A stretch of DNA of 52,514 nucleotides from a virus. Both the position numbers and the translations under genes were made by a program. The DNA lies in IMG/VR virus record IMGVR_UViG_3300045988_014767, positions 1-52,514 of that record. One strand, 5' to 3'. The notes below the pieces were generated by a model. That model saw only the letters and a program-made list of their open reading frames with translations, did no database searches and was not told where the DNA came from. The stretch's first letter is position 1, and each line of letters opens with the position of its first letter. Shown here piece by piece: positions 16,459-26,700 of this stretch.

Positions 16459-16732
16459 ATTTTAAGTTAATACTTGACAACGATGTTGCCTTTACCTTTC
16501 TCACGATTTCAGGATTCCAACCGCAATCAAATTGCGTTTCGATGAAATCCCCATCTTTCATTCCGGCAAGCTGCACCGACAATTTGACGGGCTGAATGCC
16601 ATCATTCTTGATGTTGAAACACATACCATCCGCAAGGCTGAAATCGGCATTCTGCAAGTTGTCAATAACTCCCATCTTGCCAATCTGTGCGGAAACGTGT
16701 TCACCACTTCTTGTTGTGTCCATACTTTTCAA
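16448..16732 (-). CDS. Hypothetical tail-module protein (94 aa)
   Basis: ORF overlaps the target-1 start by 11 nt. A -7 box and the 17-mer lie upstream. Confidence 0.55.
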   Translation of the reverse strand: MKSMDTTRSGEHVSAQIGKMGVIDNLQNADFSLADGMCFNIKNDGIQPVKLSVQLAGMKDGDFIETQFDCGWNPEIVRKVKATSLSSINLKYGY

Positions 16733-16743
16733 ATTTTTGTTTG

Positions 16744-16751
16744 CAAAGTTA
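16744..16751 (-). promoter_or_regulatory. Minus-strand -7 box TAACTTTG
   Basis: CAAAGTTA on the plus strand, 12 nt upstream of the ATG at 16732. Confidence 0.4.
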
Positions 16752-16758
16752 CATTATT

Positions 16759-16775
16759 GTTTTATAGTAATACAC
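16759..16775 (-). promoter_or_regulatory. Recurrent 17-mer GTGTATTACTATAAAAC, copy 2
   Basis: Sense orientation, 26 nt upstream of the ATG at 16732. Confidence 0.5.
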
Positions 16776-16802
16776 TTTGGTGGATAACTTGGGCATAACT
16801 TA

Positions 16803-16994
16803 TCAGTTTTCGGGGCTTTCCGTGGCTTCTGCTTCCACGATTTGCCACGATTGAACCAATTTACCATCCACCACTTCAAGCGTTTCAACCACGGCTTTTC
16901 CCGGTTCTGCCGTGGGTTGTTCACTTGGCACGAAATCAATAAACCCGGTGTTTCTCAATTCCGTTATATATTCACCTTGTTTGTATTTTGCCAA
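16803..16994 (-). CDS. Hypothetical protein (63 aa)
   Basis: Short co-oriented ORF directly after the fibre gene. Confidence 0.4.
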   Translation of the reverse strand: MAKYKQGEYITELRNTGFIDFVPSEQPTAEPGKAVVETLEVVDGKLVQSWQIVEAEATESPEN

Positions 16995-17004
16995 TAGTTG
17001 TCCA

Positions 17005-20000
17005 TTACCAATCCGTTGTATTGATTATCATAAAAGTAAACCCGGAATTATTTGGTGTATCATCATCACCCGTGTACACGTTGAATCCTTGCGCCGTTTT
17101 ATCATATATAGCCGCATATCTTCCCGTTGTTCCCTCTCCCGTGGCATCGCAAGTAGCAAACACGATATAGTTATTGGCACTTGAAAATGGGGGATTGATA
17201 GTGACACTATAACGCCCGGTATTTGTTTTTTTTACCGCTACCGTTGCACCATCATAACGCATCACTTTATTTAATGTGCCATCACTGCTTACATTACCCA
17301 TGTAAGAAGCATGAAGTGTTCGGCCTCTCATGTGTGTTGGGTCGGTATAAAATCTCCGTAGAATAATCCATCCATAAAACTTTTGGTTATCACCGTAACC
17401 AATCATTTCAACGGCTTCATACTCATTCAGGGTTAGTGTTGAATATGTTTTACCATTTTCATAAAAATACTTACCGCTTGGTGCATTTGCGGATAATGCG
17501 CCATAAGGGTAATTACCATTGAATTGTCCATTCATTACAATGGCTCTAAATCCACTATATTTCATATCAAACGGTATTTGAATTGCTGTTTCCCACGAAC
17601 CACCATTAGCCGTGATTACAACATTGTTGTTATTCTGTAATCCGGGTGTTGATATTGTTATACCATCACCACCACCAACCACATAAAAGCCATTTTGAAA
17701 AGCATTCGTAAAAGAACCATTGATGACAACATCGGTTAAGGTAGTGAATTTGATTGTACCCTTATTGATGTAAGCCTCACCTTTTACAATTGCCTTTTCC
17801 ATGACAACCGAACCATCTTGTTGCACCCTGAATGGGGCGGTTGCACGATTTTCAAAGGATGCACCAGCCCAAAAGCGGATTGATGATGCCGCCGTGCCGT
17901 TGCCCGTGATACCTGCAAGTATTGATTGGTTGTCACCCGCAACTTGGATTGTGCCGGATGTAACAATGCCGCCATCAATGGTTGTCTTGGTGTTGTCATA
18001 GTACACGGCAATCACCCAATCATTCACATTGTATGATTGTGTTGATGTCTTTCTCGTTATGCAACGCCTTAACTCTTTGCCATCAACCCACAAATCACCC
18101 ACATCATAAGGCACGGTCGGGGTTGCAACGAACACACGCCTTTTGCCATCCGCCGTGTCTTGCGCCTTGCTTGCTGCTTCATACGCTGAAATTGCCGTGG
18201 AATCTTCAATCAATGCCCACCCATATACCGTAAACACAACATTGTTTATTGTTTTGCTTGTTTGTCGGTAACAACGCAATTCCTTGTTGGTGGTATGATA
18301 CCACATATCGCCAACGTGTTTTGCTTTAATTGCATTAGTTGTCCAACGCGATGCCGGGTCGGTGGTTTGAAACCACGTTTCAATCTTGCCATCAATTTGG
18401 TTTGTAAGACTTGACAAATTAGGATTATAGGTGTTTTGCACAAAATCAGACAATGCCGAATCATCAGTGTACCCGGTTGCCTTACCCCAATCACTTGCAG
18501 TGTACGAGCCGGATGCCCTTGACTTTATACAACGTAACAAATCACCTGTTTCACCTTGCGCCCACAAATCACCCACATCATAAGGCACGGTCGGTGTTGC
18601 GACAAACACACGCCTTTTGCTATCCGCCGTGTCTTGCGCCTTGCTTGCTGCAATCGCCGCATCAATGGCATCTTGGTTTTTGATTTCTTCCCAAAGGTAA
18701 TTGCCATTACTTTTGATATAGTGATAAAGGCGGTTTGAAGATGTATTAAACCATTGGTCTCCCACGTGTTTTGCCTTTTCTTCATCCGTTGTCCAATTGC
18801 TTGCGGGGTCGGTTGTTGTGTACCAAGATTCAACCTTGCCATCCAATTGATTGTATATATCGGATATGGTATCACCGAACACGCCATCAATAAACGCATT
18901 CAAGTTTTCATCCCCGGTGTAATTCGTTGCCAAATCCCAATCAGATGCTTGGTATATGATGCTACCGCCCGCCGCTCTTGCAACGATGCACCGTTTCAAG
19001 AACGTGCCGGATGCCCACAAATCGCCAACATCGTATGGGGCGCGTGGGGTTGAAACAAACACACGCCTTTTACCATCTGCGGTGTCCTGTGCTGCCGCCG
19101 CTGCTGCCAATGCTTCGGCAACGCCCGTGTCCCTTATTTCAACCCATGCGTATGTGCTGCCATCCTTTGAAAAACGATAACCGATGCCGGAATCATTGTC
19201 ATAATACATATCGCCAAGATGTTCTTCTTTATCCTTGGTTGTTGTCCATTCACTTGCCGGGGCATTCTCCAAGGTCGGAACACCGTTACCGAAATGGGTT
19301 TCAATTACACCATCCAATTGTTTGTATATGTCTGCAATAGCGGAATTGTAGGTGTTTTCAATAAAATCATTCAACGATTCATCGCCCGTGTAATTCGTGG
19401 CATCCTCCCAATCGCTTTCAACCATCGCACCGGAAAGCCGTGTTTTCATTGAACGCTTTAAGAATGTGCCGTTTGCCCAAAGGTCGCCACGGTCGTATGG
19501 CGTTGTTGGGGTGTCCACGAACACACGGCGTTTGCCATCGGCGGTGTCTTGTGCCTTTGATGCGTCTTGCAATGCTTTTAACGCATCGGCATCCTTGATG
19601 ATTTCCCACGCCAAAGATGATGAATACCGTTTGGCTTCATTTGTGCTTGTATTATACCATAAATCGCCAACGTGCTTTTTCCGTTCTTCCGATGTTGTCC
19701 ATGACGTTGATGGGTCATCCGCGGTGAACCATGTTTCAATTTTACCATCAATTTGCGTTTCAAGACCTGCAAGTAACCCGGGCAACGTATTATTGATGAA
19801 ATCCTTACTTTCCAAGGCTTCCGCACCCAATTGTTCAAGGGTCTTTTTCTCTCCATTTGATGTAAAAACGATACGCCCGCCAATCTCCGAATTGTCCAAA
19901 TCAAAGTATGTTGTGCCATCTGCCGATTCAATGCGCCCAGTCTTTATGAAACGCCCGTTTATCATGGTGAAACCATAAGTTAGGGCAATTGAACGCACGT

Positions 20001-21984
20001 TTGTTGTCAAATCCACCGAATTAAGCACACCAATCAAAAAGAAATATACATTGGGGTTTTCCTCGCAAGTGTGTTGCGCGGTTGTTACCTCAAAGACACC
20101 GTTACTATTATCACGATAACATACGGCATAGATGTAATATGCTGCCGTGGATGAAACTAATGTAATTTGCCCATCTTGAATAACCCATGAACGGGGTGCA
20201 TCGGGGTTGATGGTGTAATGGGTAAGAACACCACCTTGCCACTTCAAGATGTTTGGGTTGCCGCCAAAATTGGGTTGAAACACGGTGTTGGTTAAGCCAA
20301 ATTGCATTGACTTCGCACCAACGGACAATGCCAACGTGTCCACGCTTTCGGGCGTTATTTTGTCCTTGTAATAACCCCCTGTTTCCGGGTCAAAAACCAT
20401 GTTCAATACTTCACGGGATGAAAGCCAATTTGCCCTTGCCCTTGATGGGTCTTTAAGGTTATTGATGGTTAAAACCTTGTCAATGTCCACCAATTCGGAA
20501 ATTACCCTTGTTGTAATATCCGCATTCGTTTGGGTGTCGGATATTGTCAAGGTGTAATCGTAGGGTTCAAGCACATTGCGCACAAATGATTTGATGCGGA
20601 TTGCCTTGTCAATGCCCAAATCGGCATCAACCACTTTGAGGAAATCACCCGGTGCAAATACATTCATTATCCCGGCATCACTCGTTGCCAAATACTTTTC
20701 GATATATTCCTTGGTTACGGAAACACCGTATTGCACCTTTGGTTGGCTGTTTTGGTCATAGTATTTGTTGCCCTCCTCTGCCAACTTCTTTTCCGCTTCT
20801 TCCTCAATTTCCTTGGAATAAGCAATGTCAAGCACCTTGTATGTGTCATTCACACCAAATTGGAATGCCAGGGATGTTGCGGATGGGAACACATCGCCCC
20901 TGTCATCTGTCAATTTAACCAAGGTGAACTTGTGTGTTGCATGGTCGTATGCGTGAACCTCAAATTCATATCCTGCAAGGTTGCCAGTGTTGAAATGTAC
21001 CTTTGCGGATACTCCAGCAATCAGGTACAAGGTTTGCCCGGCGGCATCGGTTGCGTTCAAATCAAAGGGGAATGTTTCATCAATGAATGACAATACATCG
21101 CTATCCACAATTGATGTAACCTTTCCCGTGAACGTGGGTTTGATGTCAAAGTTCTTTCGCCCCTCAAAAATGCCGTATTTTGCCACCGCTTCCGCCTTTT
21201 CAATATAGGATGTGGACTTGTCCTTTCCAAACATACAAAGGCGGTCAGCGCGATATTTTGATGTAATGTTTTCCGTGCTGCCAAATACTTTCAAACGTGT
21301 TATGATGTTGGCGGATGACACGTTTTCACGGGTCATGGAATATAAGCCCTTGTTCTTCCCGTATTCAAACGTGAATGACAATGTTTGCCCCACTTTTTCA
21401 TATAGGTTTATGGTGTAAACTCCATCCACCTTTTCAATCTCAAATTCTACATTGAAATTGTCTTGGCTGCACAAGGTTTGCAGAACGGACAAGCAATTGT
21501 CGGATTCCCCAAAAGTCAAAGTTTTGTCACCTATTGTTTCGGGGCATACACCAACCGCCCATTTACCGGGGAATACACGATTTGCATTGCTCACCAACAC
21601 ATCAAGAAAGCGTTTCAAATCACCTGTCAATGTGTCGCCCTGAAAGTCTTGCAACTCATTCTTGGTGGTGTCAATGGTCAAATCGTATGTTACGCGGAAA
21701 AGGTCATATTGAATGCCCTCAAATTCCAAGTCATATTGAAATTCAGCCATGCCCGTTTTCTTTACCTTTGGCAAACGGTTCAACTTGTAATCACGCCCGA
21801 ACACGGTTATTGTGTCCCCAATCCCATACGATTGTGGGAAAGGGGAAACAACCGTGATATTGATGGTGTCCTCGGCATTCAAAGCCCAATTTTGCTTTGC
21901 CGCCGTTATCCCGGTTGCCGTGCGCCTTGATTCAATAGGCACACGGCTTCCATTGGGTTTTGTGATAATTATATTCGCTCCCAT
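17005..21984 (-). CDS. Tail fibre / host-specificity protein (1659 aa) with four internal ~150-aa repeats
   Basis: Position after Dit, Tal-like N-terminus, and the repeated DGKIETWF..W.T....KHVGD.W....AQDTADGKRRVF..TP..PYD.GDLW units. Confidence 0.8.
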   Translation of the reverse strand: MGANIIITKPNGSRVPIESRRTATGITAAKQNWALNAEDTINITVVSPFPQSYGIGDTITVFGRDYKLNRLPKVKKTGMAEFQYDLEFEGIQYDLFRVTYDLTIDTTKNELQDFQGDTLTGDLKRFLDVLVSNANRVFPGKWAVGVCPETIGDKTLTFGESDNCLSVLQTLCSQDNFNVEFEIEKVDGVYTINLYEKVGQTLSFTFEYGKNKGLYSMTRENVSSANIITRLKVFGSTENITSKYRADRLCMFGKDKSTSYIEKAEAVAKYGIFEGRKNFDIKPTFTGKVTSIVDSDVLSFIDETFPFDLNATDAAGQTLYLIAGVSAKVHFNTGNLAGYEFEVHAYDHATHKFTLVKLTDDRGDVFPSATSLAFQFGVNDTYKVLDIAYSKEIEEEAEKKLAEEGNKYYDQNSQPKVQYGVSVTKEYIEKYLATSDAGIMNVFAPGDFLKVVDADLGIDKAIRIKSFVRNVLEPYDYTLTISDTQTNADITTRVISELVDIDKVLTINNLKDPSRARANWLSSREVLNMVFDPETGGYYKDKITPESVDTLALSVGAKSMQFGLTNTVFQPNFGGNPNILKWQGGVLTHYTINPDAPRSWVIQDGQITLVSSTAAYYIYAVCYRDNSNGVFEVTTAQHTCEENPNVYFFLIGVLNSVDLTTNVRSIALTYGFTMINGRFIKTGRIESADGTTYFDLDNSEIGGRIVFTSNGEKKTLEQLGAEALESKDFINNTLPGLLAGLETQIDGKIETWFTADDPSTSWTTSEERKKHVGDLWYNTSTNEAKRYSSSLAWEIIKDADALKALQDASKAQDTADGKRRVFVDTPTTPYDRGDLWANGTFLKRSMKTRLSGAMVESDWEDATNYTGDESLNDFIENTYNSAIADIYKQLDGVIETHFGNGVPTLENAPASEWTTTKDKEEHLGDMYYDNDSGIGYRFSKDGSTYAWVEIRDTGVAEALAAAAAAQDTADGKRRVFVSTPRAPYDVGDLWASGTFLKRCIVARAAGGSIIYQASDWDLATNYTGDENLNAFIDGVFGDTISDIYNQLDGKVESWYTTTDPASNWTTDEEKAKHVGDQWFNTSSNRLYHYIKSNGNYLWEEIKNQDAIDAAIAASKAQDTADSKRRVFVATPTVPYDVGDLWAQGETGDLLRCIKSRASGSYTASDWGKATGYTDDSALSDFVQNTYNPNLSSLTNQIDGKIETWFQTTDPASRWTTNAIKAKHVGDMWYHTTNKELRCYRQTSKTINNVVFTVYGWALIEDSTAISAYEAASKAQDTADGKRRVFVATPTVPYDVGDLWVDGKELRRCITRKTSTQSYNVNDWVIAVYYDNTKTTIDGGIVTSGTIQVAGDNQSILAGITGNGTAASSIRFWAGASFENRATAPFRVQQDGSVVMEKAIVKGEAYINKGTIKFTTLTDVVINGSFTNAFQNGFYVVGGGDGITISTPGLQNNNNVVITANGGSWETAIQIPFDMKYSGFRAIVMNGQFNGNYPYGALSANAPSGKYFYENGKTYSTLTLNEYEAVEMIGYGDNQKFYGWIILRRFYTDPTHMRGRTLHASYMGNVSSDGTLNKVMRYDGATVAVKKTNTGRYSVTINPPFSSANNYIVFATCDATGEGTTGRYAAIYDKTAQGFNVYTGDDDTPNNSGFTFMIINTTDW
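18010..19750 (-). repeat. Intragenic tandem repeat, 4 units of ~450-474 nt
   Basis: The cacaaatcacccacatcataaggcacggtcgg block at 18089 recurs at 18563, with diverged copies near 19016 and 19484. Confidence 0.8.
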
Positions 21985-23174
21985 ACAACAATTGCATTTG
22001 TGTCAAATGATGTAATTTCATCCACGCACCCGGTGACAACGGGGAAATAATCGCCGTTGTCCGAATAATCATGGGTAATTTTCAAATCAGTTCCGGCAAT
22101 GTCATAATCAACGCTGCCATCACCCCAATAGATGTTCACATACTTGGTGGTTGTTATTGTGATTGTGCAAGTTTTGGTGGATTCGCCAACGCGGATGTGC
22201 TTCAATACCTTTTTCACGGGTTCAGGTTCTTTCAACTTCAACTTGAACGTGCCAACCATCAGATTATCGTTCCACTCCTTTTCAACCTCGATTGCATCGG
22301 TGGAATACACTTCATAAATCAAGGGTTTAACCGGGTGGACATCCACGACAAGGCGGTTTGTTCCTCGCTTGTCAAACAAGCGTTGGAAATCATTTATCTT
22401 CTTGATGAAATCCATCTTGGATTCCGCCTTGCAGAAACACGAAAGGGTTATTTCCCTTGTGTCATAGTATTTATGCGCCAAATCTACGCTTTGCCCGTGG
22501 TAATTATCCCAGTTTACAGACATAGGGTCTTTCAGCTTCGGGCGGTTCAACAAGCCATCGGATGATGCGACATAGATTCCATAATCCTTGAAATCATGTC
22601 CATCAATCAAATATGCTTGTTGCTTTGATGATGACAATTCATTGATTATGTCCTCTTGGGATAATGCGATATTATAAATCTTTGCATCATCCAGCAATCC
22701 AAAGCCATATTCACCACCATAGAAATCTTGATTAAGCGACACGCCAAGCAATGTACCGTTTCTCACCACCTCTTTAAGCAATGATGAATTAACATAGAAT
22801 TGGAACACGCTGCCACGCCGTACAAGGGCAAGCGAAAACCATGTTCCCGCCTTTGCTTCAATATGAACTTCGATATAGTTCTTGTAGCCTGAAAAGTTCA
22901 AAACCCAAATGAACTTTTCAGGTGTGCCAACTTCGCATTCCCTGCCTTGCACCCACATAATCATAGAAAAATTCACGCTCATGTTGGGTAATACGCTTTT
23001 GGACACCTCACACGTATCAGCCCCGGCAAAAGATATGGCATTGCCATTCTTGCCACCAACAAATCGCGCCCCGGTAACAATGCCATCGGCTCGGTTGCTT
23101 GAATAATCGTATGCGGTTGTGCTGCCATCACTTTCATCAAATGGCATTTGGAAGATTATGTTGTTCGTACTCAT
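21969..23174 (-). CDS. Distal tail protein (Dit-like) with N-terminal LamG/concanavalin-like domain
   Basis: LamG-like N-terminal ~180 aa (…GKNGNAISF…LDDAKIYNIALS). The C-terminal half resembles siphovirus Dit. Located between the TMP and the fibre. Confidence 0.55.
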   Translation of the reverse strand: MSTNNIIFQMPFDESDGSTTAYDYSSNRADGIVTGARFVGGKNGNAISFAGADTCEVSKSVLPNMSVNFSMIMWVQGRECEVGTPEKFIWVLNFSGYKNYIEVHIEAKAGTWFSLALVRRGSVFQFYVNSSLLKEVVRNGTLLGVSLNQDFYGGEYGFGLLDDAKIYNIALSQEDIINELSSSKQQAYLIDGHDFKDYGIYVASSDGLLNRPKLKDPMSVNWDNYHGQSVDLAHKYYDTREITLSCFCKAESKMDFIKKINDFQRLFDKRGTNRLVVDVHPVKPLIYEVYSTDAIEVEKEWNDNLMVGTFKLKLKEPEPVKKVLKHIRVGESTKTCTITITTTKYVNIYWGDGSVDYDIAGTDLKITHDYSDNGDYFPVVTGCVDEITSFDTNAIVVWERI

Positions 23175-23185
23175 ATCCTATGATT

Positions 23186-23692
23186 TTATTTGTTTGACTT
23201 GTCCCGGAATTTCACCACGGCATCATCCGTGGCATTATATGAAACCTTGCCACCATGCTTGTTCACGCATACTTTCGCCCGGTCGTATGCACATACATTC
23301 ACAATGGCATCATCATACACATCAATCATCACAAAGGCATTGCCCTTGGCAATGATGTTCAAGGCGGCTTGATGCTTCGCCCAGACCTCAACAACGGCAT
23401 ATTCATCCGCTTCAACCTTGCCATTGGTTTCGCCAAGGGCAATGCACTTGGATAGGTTTTTCAATTCAATAGCATCATCAAGGAAAACACCGTGTTTCTC
23501 CATGATACCCTTGAAATGCTCACGGATAAAATCATTGGATGGATAATTGTGTTCAAGGCAAAAATCAAGCCCACGGATATACATTTCAACCAAGGCTTCC
23601 TTGTCCTCCAATGTTTTTAATTCATTGTACCACGGTTTGCAAATTCCGTGTTCTTTTGCTCGCTTCGCAAGCTGCTTTGTAATGTTGTTCAT
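23186..23692 (-). CDS. Hypothetical tail-module protein (168 aa)
   Basis: Start trimmed to MNNITK, just after the TMP stop at 23703. Confidence 0.5.
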   Translation of the reverse strand: MNNITKQLAKRAKEHGICKPWYNELKTLEDKEALVEMYIRGLDFCLEHNYPSNDFIREHFKGIMEKHGVFLDDAIELKNLSKCIALGETNGKVEADEYAVVEVWAKHQAALNIIAKGNAFVMIDVYDDAIVNVCAYDRAKVCVNKHGGKVSYNATDDAVVKFRDKSNK

Positions 23693-23702
23693 ATCATTGT
23701 TT

Positions 23703-26700
23703 TTATGCCAATCCTTGTGAACGCAAAGCATCACTTGATTGGTTGGTTTCCAAAATCGTAATAATCCGCTCGATGCGTGCCAAATACTTGTTGTAAGATG
23801 TGTTTGCAACAATGGTATTCAAGGCTTGCAAAGACTGTCGCAATATCTGCGTTGATTCAAGTTGGTTGATACGGATGGCATTCATTTGCCCGGCAAGGAT
23901 GTTGGCGGTTTCCTCGCTCACACCCTTAACCGCACCCGTTAATGAATCATCGGTATCATCAAGCCCCAAATCCGCAAACAAATCTTTGTAGATGTCCAAG
24001 GCTTGATTGAAATTGCTTGTTGCTGCCGCCACTTGTTGCCGGAATCGGGCAATCTCTGCATCGGATAATCCATCAAAAATGAAATCATCGCCATTCCAAT
24101 AGCCCATATCCTTTTCCAATTGGTCAAGCGCACTTTGCAATTGCTGTTCCAAGAACTTCTTTTTCAATTGGTTCACGACAAGGTTTTGCAACACTTCATT
24201 CACGGTGGTTTCCATCGCTTTTGCGGCATCTTCGCCACTCTTGAATGCTTCAACCAATGAATCACCCAATTGGCTTGCAAAATCCTTTGCGTTTGTCTGC
24301 AACAAATCATTGGATATTTCATCAATCATATCTTCAATTTGCCGCCCAAGTTCCGCATATTGCTCCATGAACTCATCCACACGCCCCCAATCGGTGTGCT
24401 TCTTGGAAATTTCGGCTTCCCATGATGCTTTAAGGTGGGCTTGCTGCTCCTGCATATTGCGGATGGCTGCTTGTTGGTTCTTGTACACCTCGCCACCCAA
24501 AGCCTTGTCAATCTGCCATTCAAGTTGCTTGTATGAGTTTTGTAACTTTGTAATGGCTTCTTGATGCTTCTTGATTTGCTTCTCTGCCTTGCGGTCGCGT
24601 GAATTGAACAAGTCAAAAGCGGATGAAAGCAACCCGATTGAACCTTGGATGATTGAAAGGGGGTTGCCCGTTGCAATGCCTTGTGAAAGTTGGCTTGCAC
24701 CCTCCATGATGCCGCCAATGTCATTCATAATGGCTTGGGTTTCCTCATCCATTTGGATGCCCATCTTTTCCAACCCGGATGTTACCGAATTGAAAACACC
24801 ATTCACAAAGTCAATTGAACCGCCAACGGATGAAAATGTATCTTTCAAGGATTGTTTCAACAAATCACTTGATGATTTGCCACTCTCCGTTTTGCGTATC
24901 ATGGCATCCAAGATGTCCATTGAGTTGCCGACATCAACGCCCATGTCAATCTTTCCTTGCAATTCCTGCTTCTTGCGTTTCAGATATTCAAGGTATGTGC
25001 CGCCTTGTTGTGCAAGTTCGGAAAAGGCTTGATTTGCCCCATCTGCAAGCGTGGAATTGCCCGAATTTACCCATGCTTGGAATTGCTTATATTCTTCCTC
25101 CTTGGCTTGCAGTTCACGCAAGAATGGGTCATCGCCCGAAAGCAACTTGTTATCCCTCATCTGCTGCCGCAAACGCTCGTATGCCGCACCAAGGGCGGTG
25201 AATGGGTTGCGTGATTCGATTTCCTTGCGTGCCTTTTCCAACTGTTCGTTGATGGCTTGCAAATCCTTGGGGTTCATTTGTGCCGAAAGGTTGATTTTTT
25301 GGCTTTCTATTTGCCCCATAAGGCGTTTGATGGTGTCGGTTGTCAATCCATCAAGGTTTGAGAAAAGCAATTGCCAATCTGCCGATTTGGTTATCAAATC
25401 GCTTTGCAACCGGGATAATTCTTCTTGTTCCGCCTGTGCAAGCTGTGCAAGCAATAATTGGTCATTGTTCAAAAGGGCAATACGCCGCCTTTCGGCATAT
25501 TGTTCCATGATACGTTGTTTCTTCTGCTCATAACCGCCATATTGGTTCAACATATCATCATAACCGCCGACACCCTTATCATCCTTTTCATATTGCGCAC
25601 GGCGATTGGCAATGGCTTGGTCAATCTCCGCACGCTCGGCATCCGTTGTGGCTTGCATACGCTTGCGGTTAAGCAATTCCACATCCGCATTGAATTGTTC
25701 TTCAAGGCGGCGTTTCTGTGCCACGAATGATGCGTATTGGTTCAATAGGGCTTCCGTTTGTTGGCGTACCTTGTTTTGGGCTTGCTGCTCCGCTTCATCA
25801 AGCACATCTTTTTTGGCGTTGTCAAGTTCCGTGCCATCGCCCGAAAGTTCCTTGCGCTTCTGCTCGATAATGTTCAGCATTTCAATAACCGATTTGGCGT
25901 TGTCAAGGCTTGCCGATAACTCTTGATTGAATGCTTCAAGTACCGTTCTTTTGGTTTCCTCGGCTATCGCATCATTGAGTTGCCGCAATTGCTTGTTCTG
26001 TTCCTTGGTACGGTTGGCAATGTCCACTTGCAAGATGATGTCACGTTGCTTTTTCAGGTAATCAATGTATGTTGCCCCCTCTTTAAGCAACTTTTCAAAC
26101 TCTTTGTTGGCGGATGCAACCAAGATGGCATCACCCGAATTGACCCACTTTTGAAAACGGGCATACTCAGATTTGTACTTTGCCAATTTTTCCAAGAATG
26201 GGTCTTTGGTGGATGTGCTGCCACCTCCACCGCTTCCACCGTTCTTATTTTTATTCCCGGTTATTTTATCAGCTTGTTTCTGCAAATCTTCAATTTCTTT
26301 CATAGCCTTTTGATAATCGGCATTATTAGTCAATTTTTTCAAGGCTTCTTGCTTTAATTGAATGGCTTGTTGTATCGCACCAAGTGACCCCTTGGCATAC
26401 GTTTCGGTTGCATCAATCCCGGCATCTTTCAATTTTTTCAAACCTGCTTTCTCTGCGGCTGCTGCATTCGTGTACCCTTGTGTAATTTCGGCTTTCAGCT
26501 CATCTAATTCTTTTTTCTTTTCCTTTTTAGCCGTGTTTTCACCCTCAACATAATACCCAGTTCCAAAGGATGATGTTTGGACATAATAGCTGCGTGTGTC
26601 AGGCATCGCATTATACTCTTGCTCTGCTTTTATATACTCTTTTATCTTTTCTTGTGCTTGGGCAAGATATATGGATGCTTTTGCCTTTTCTATTTGGGCA

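Noticed and set aside
16779-16787. DnaA boxes (8/9 matches at 16779..16787 and 44014..44022) as an origin
   Set aside because: These are isolated single matches with no cluster, which is what chance would produce in 52 kb.
23693-23812. N-terminal 40-aa extension of the 23186..23812 ORF overlapping the tape measure gene
   Set aside because: The extension overlaps the TMP 3' end by 110 nt. An internal ATG (23692) 8 nt past the TMP stop gives the normal compact arrangement.
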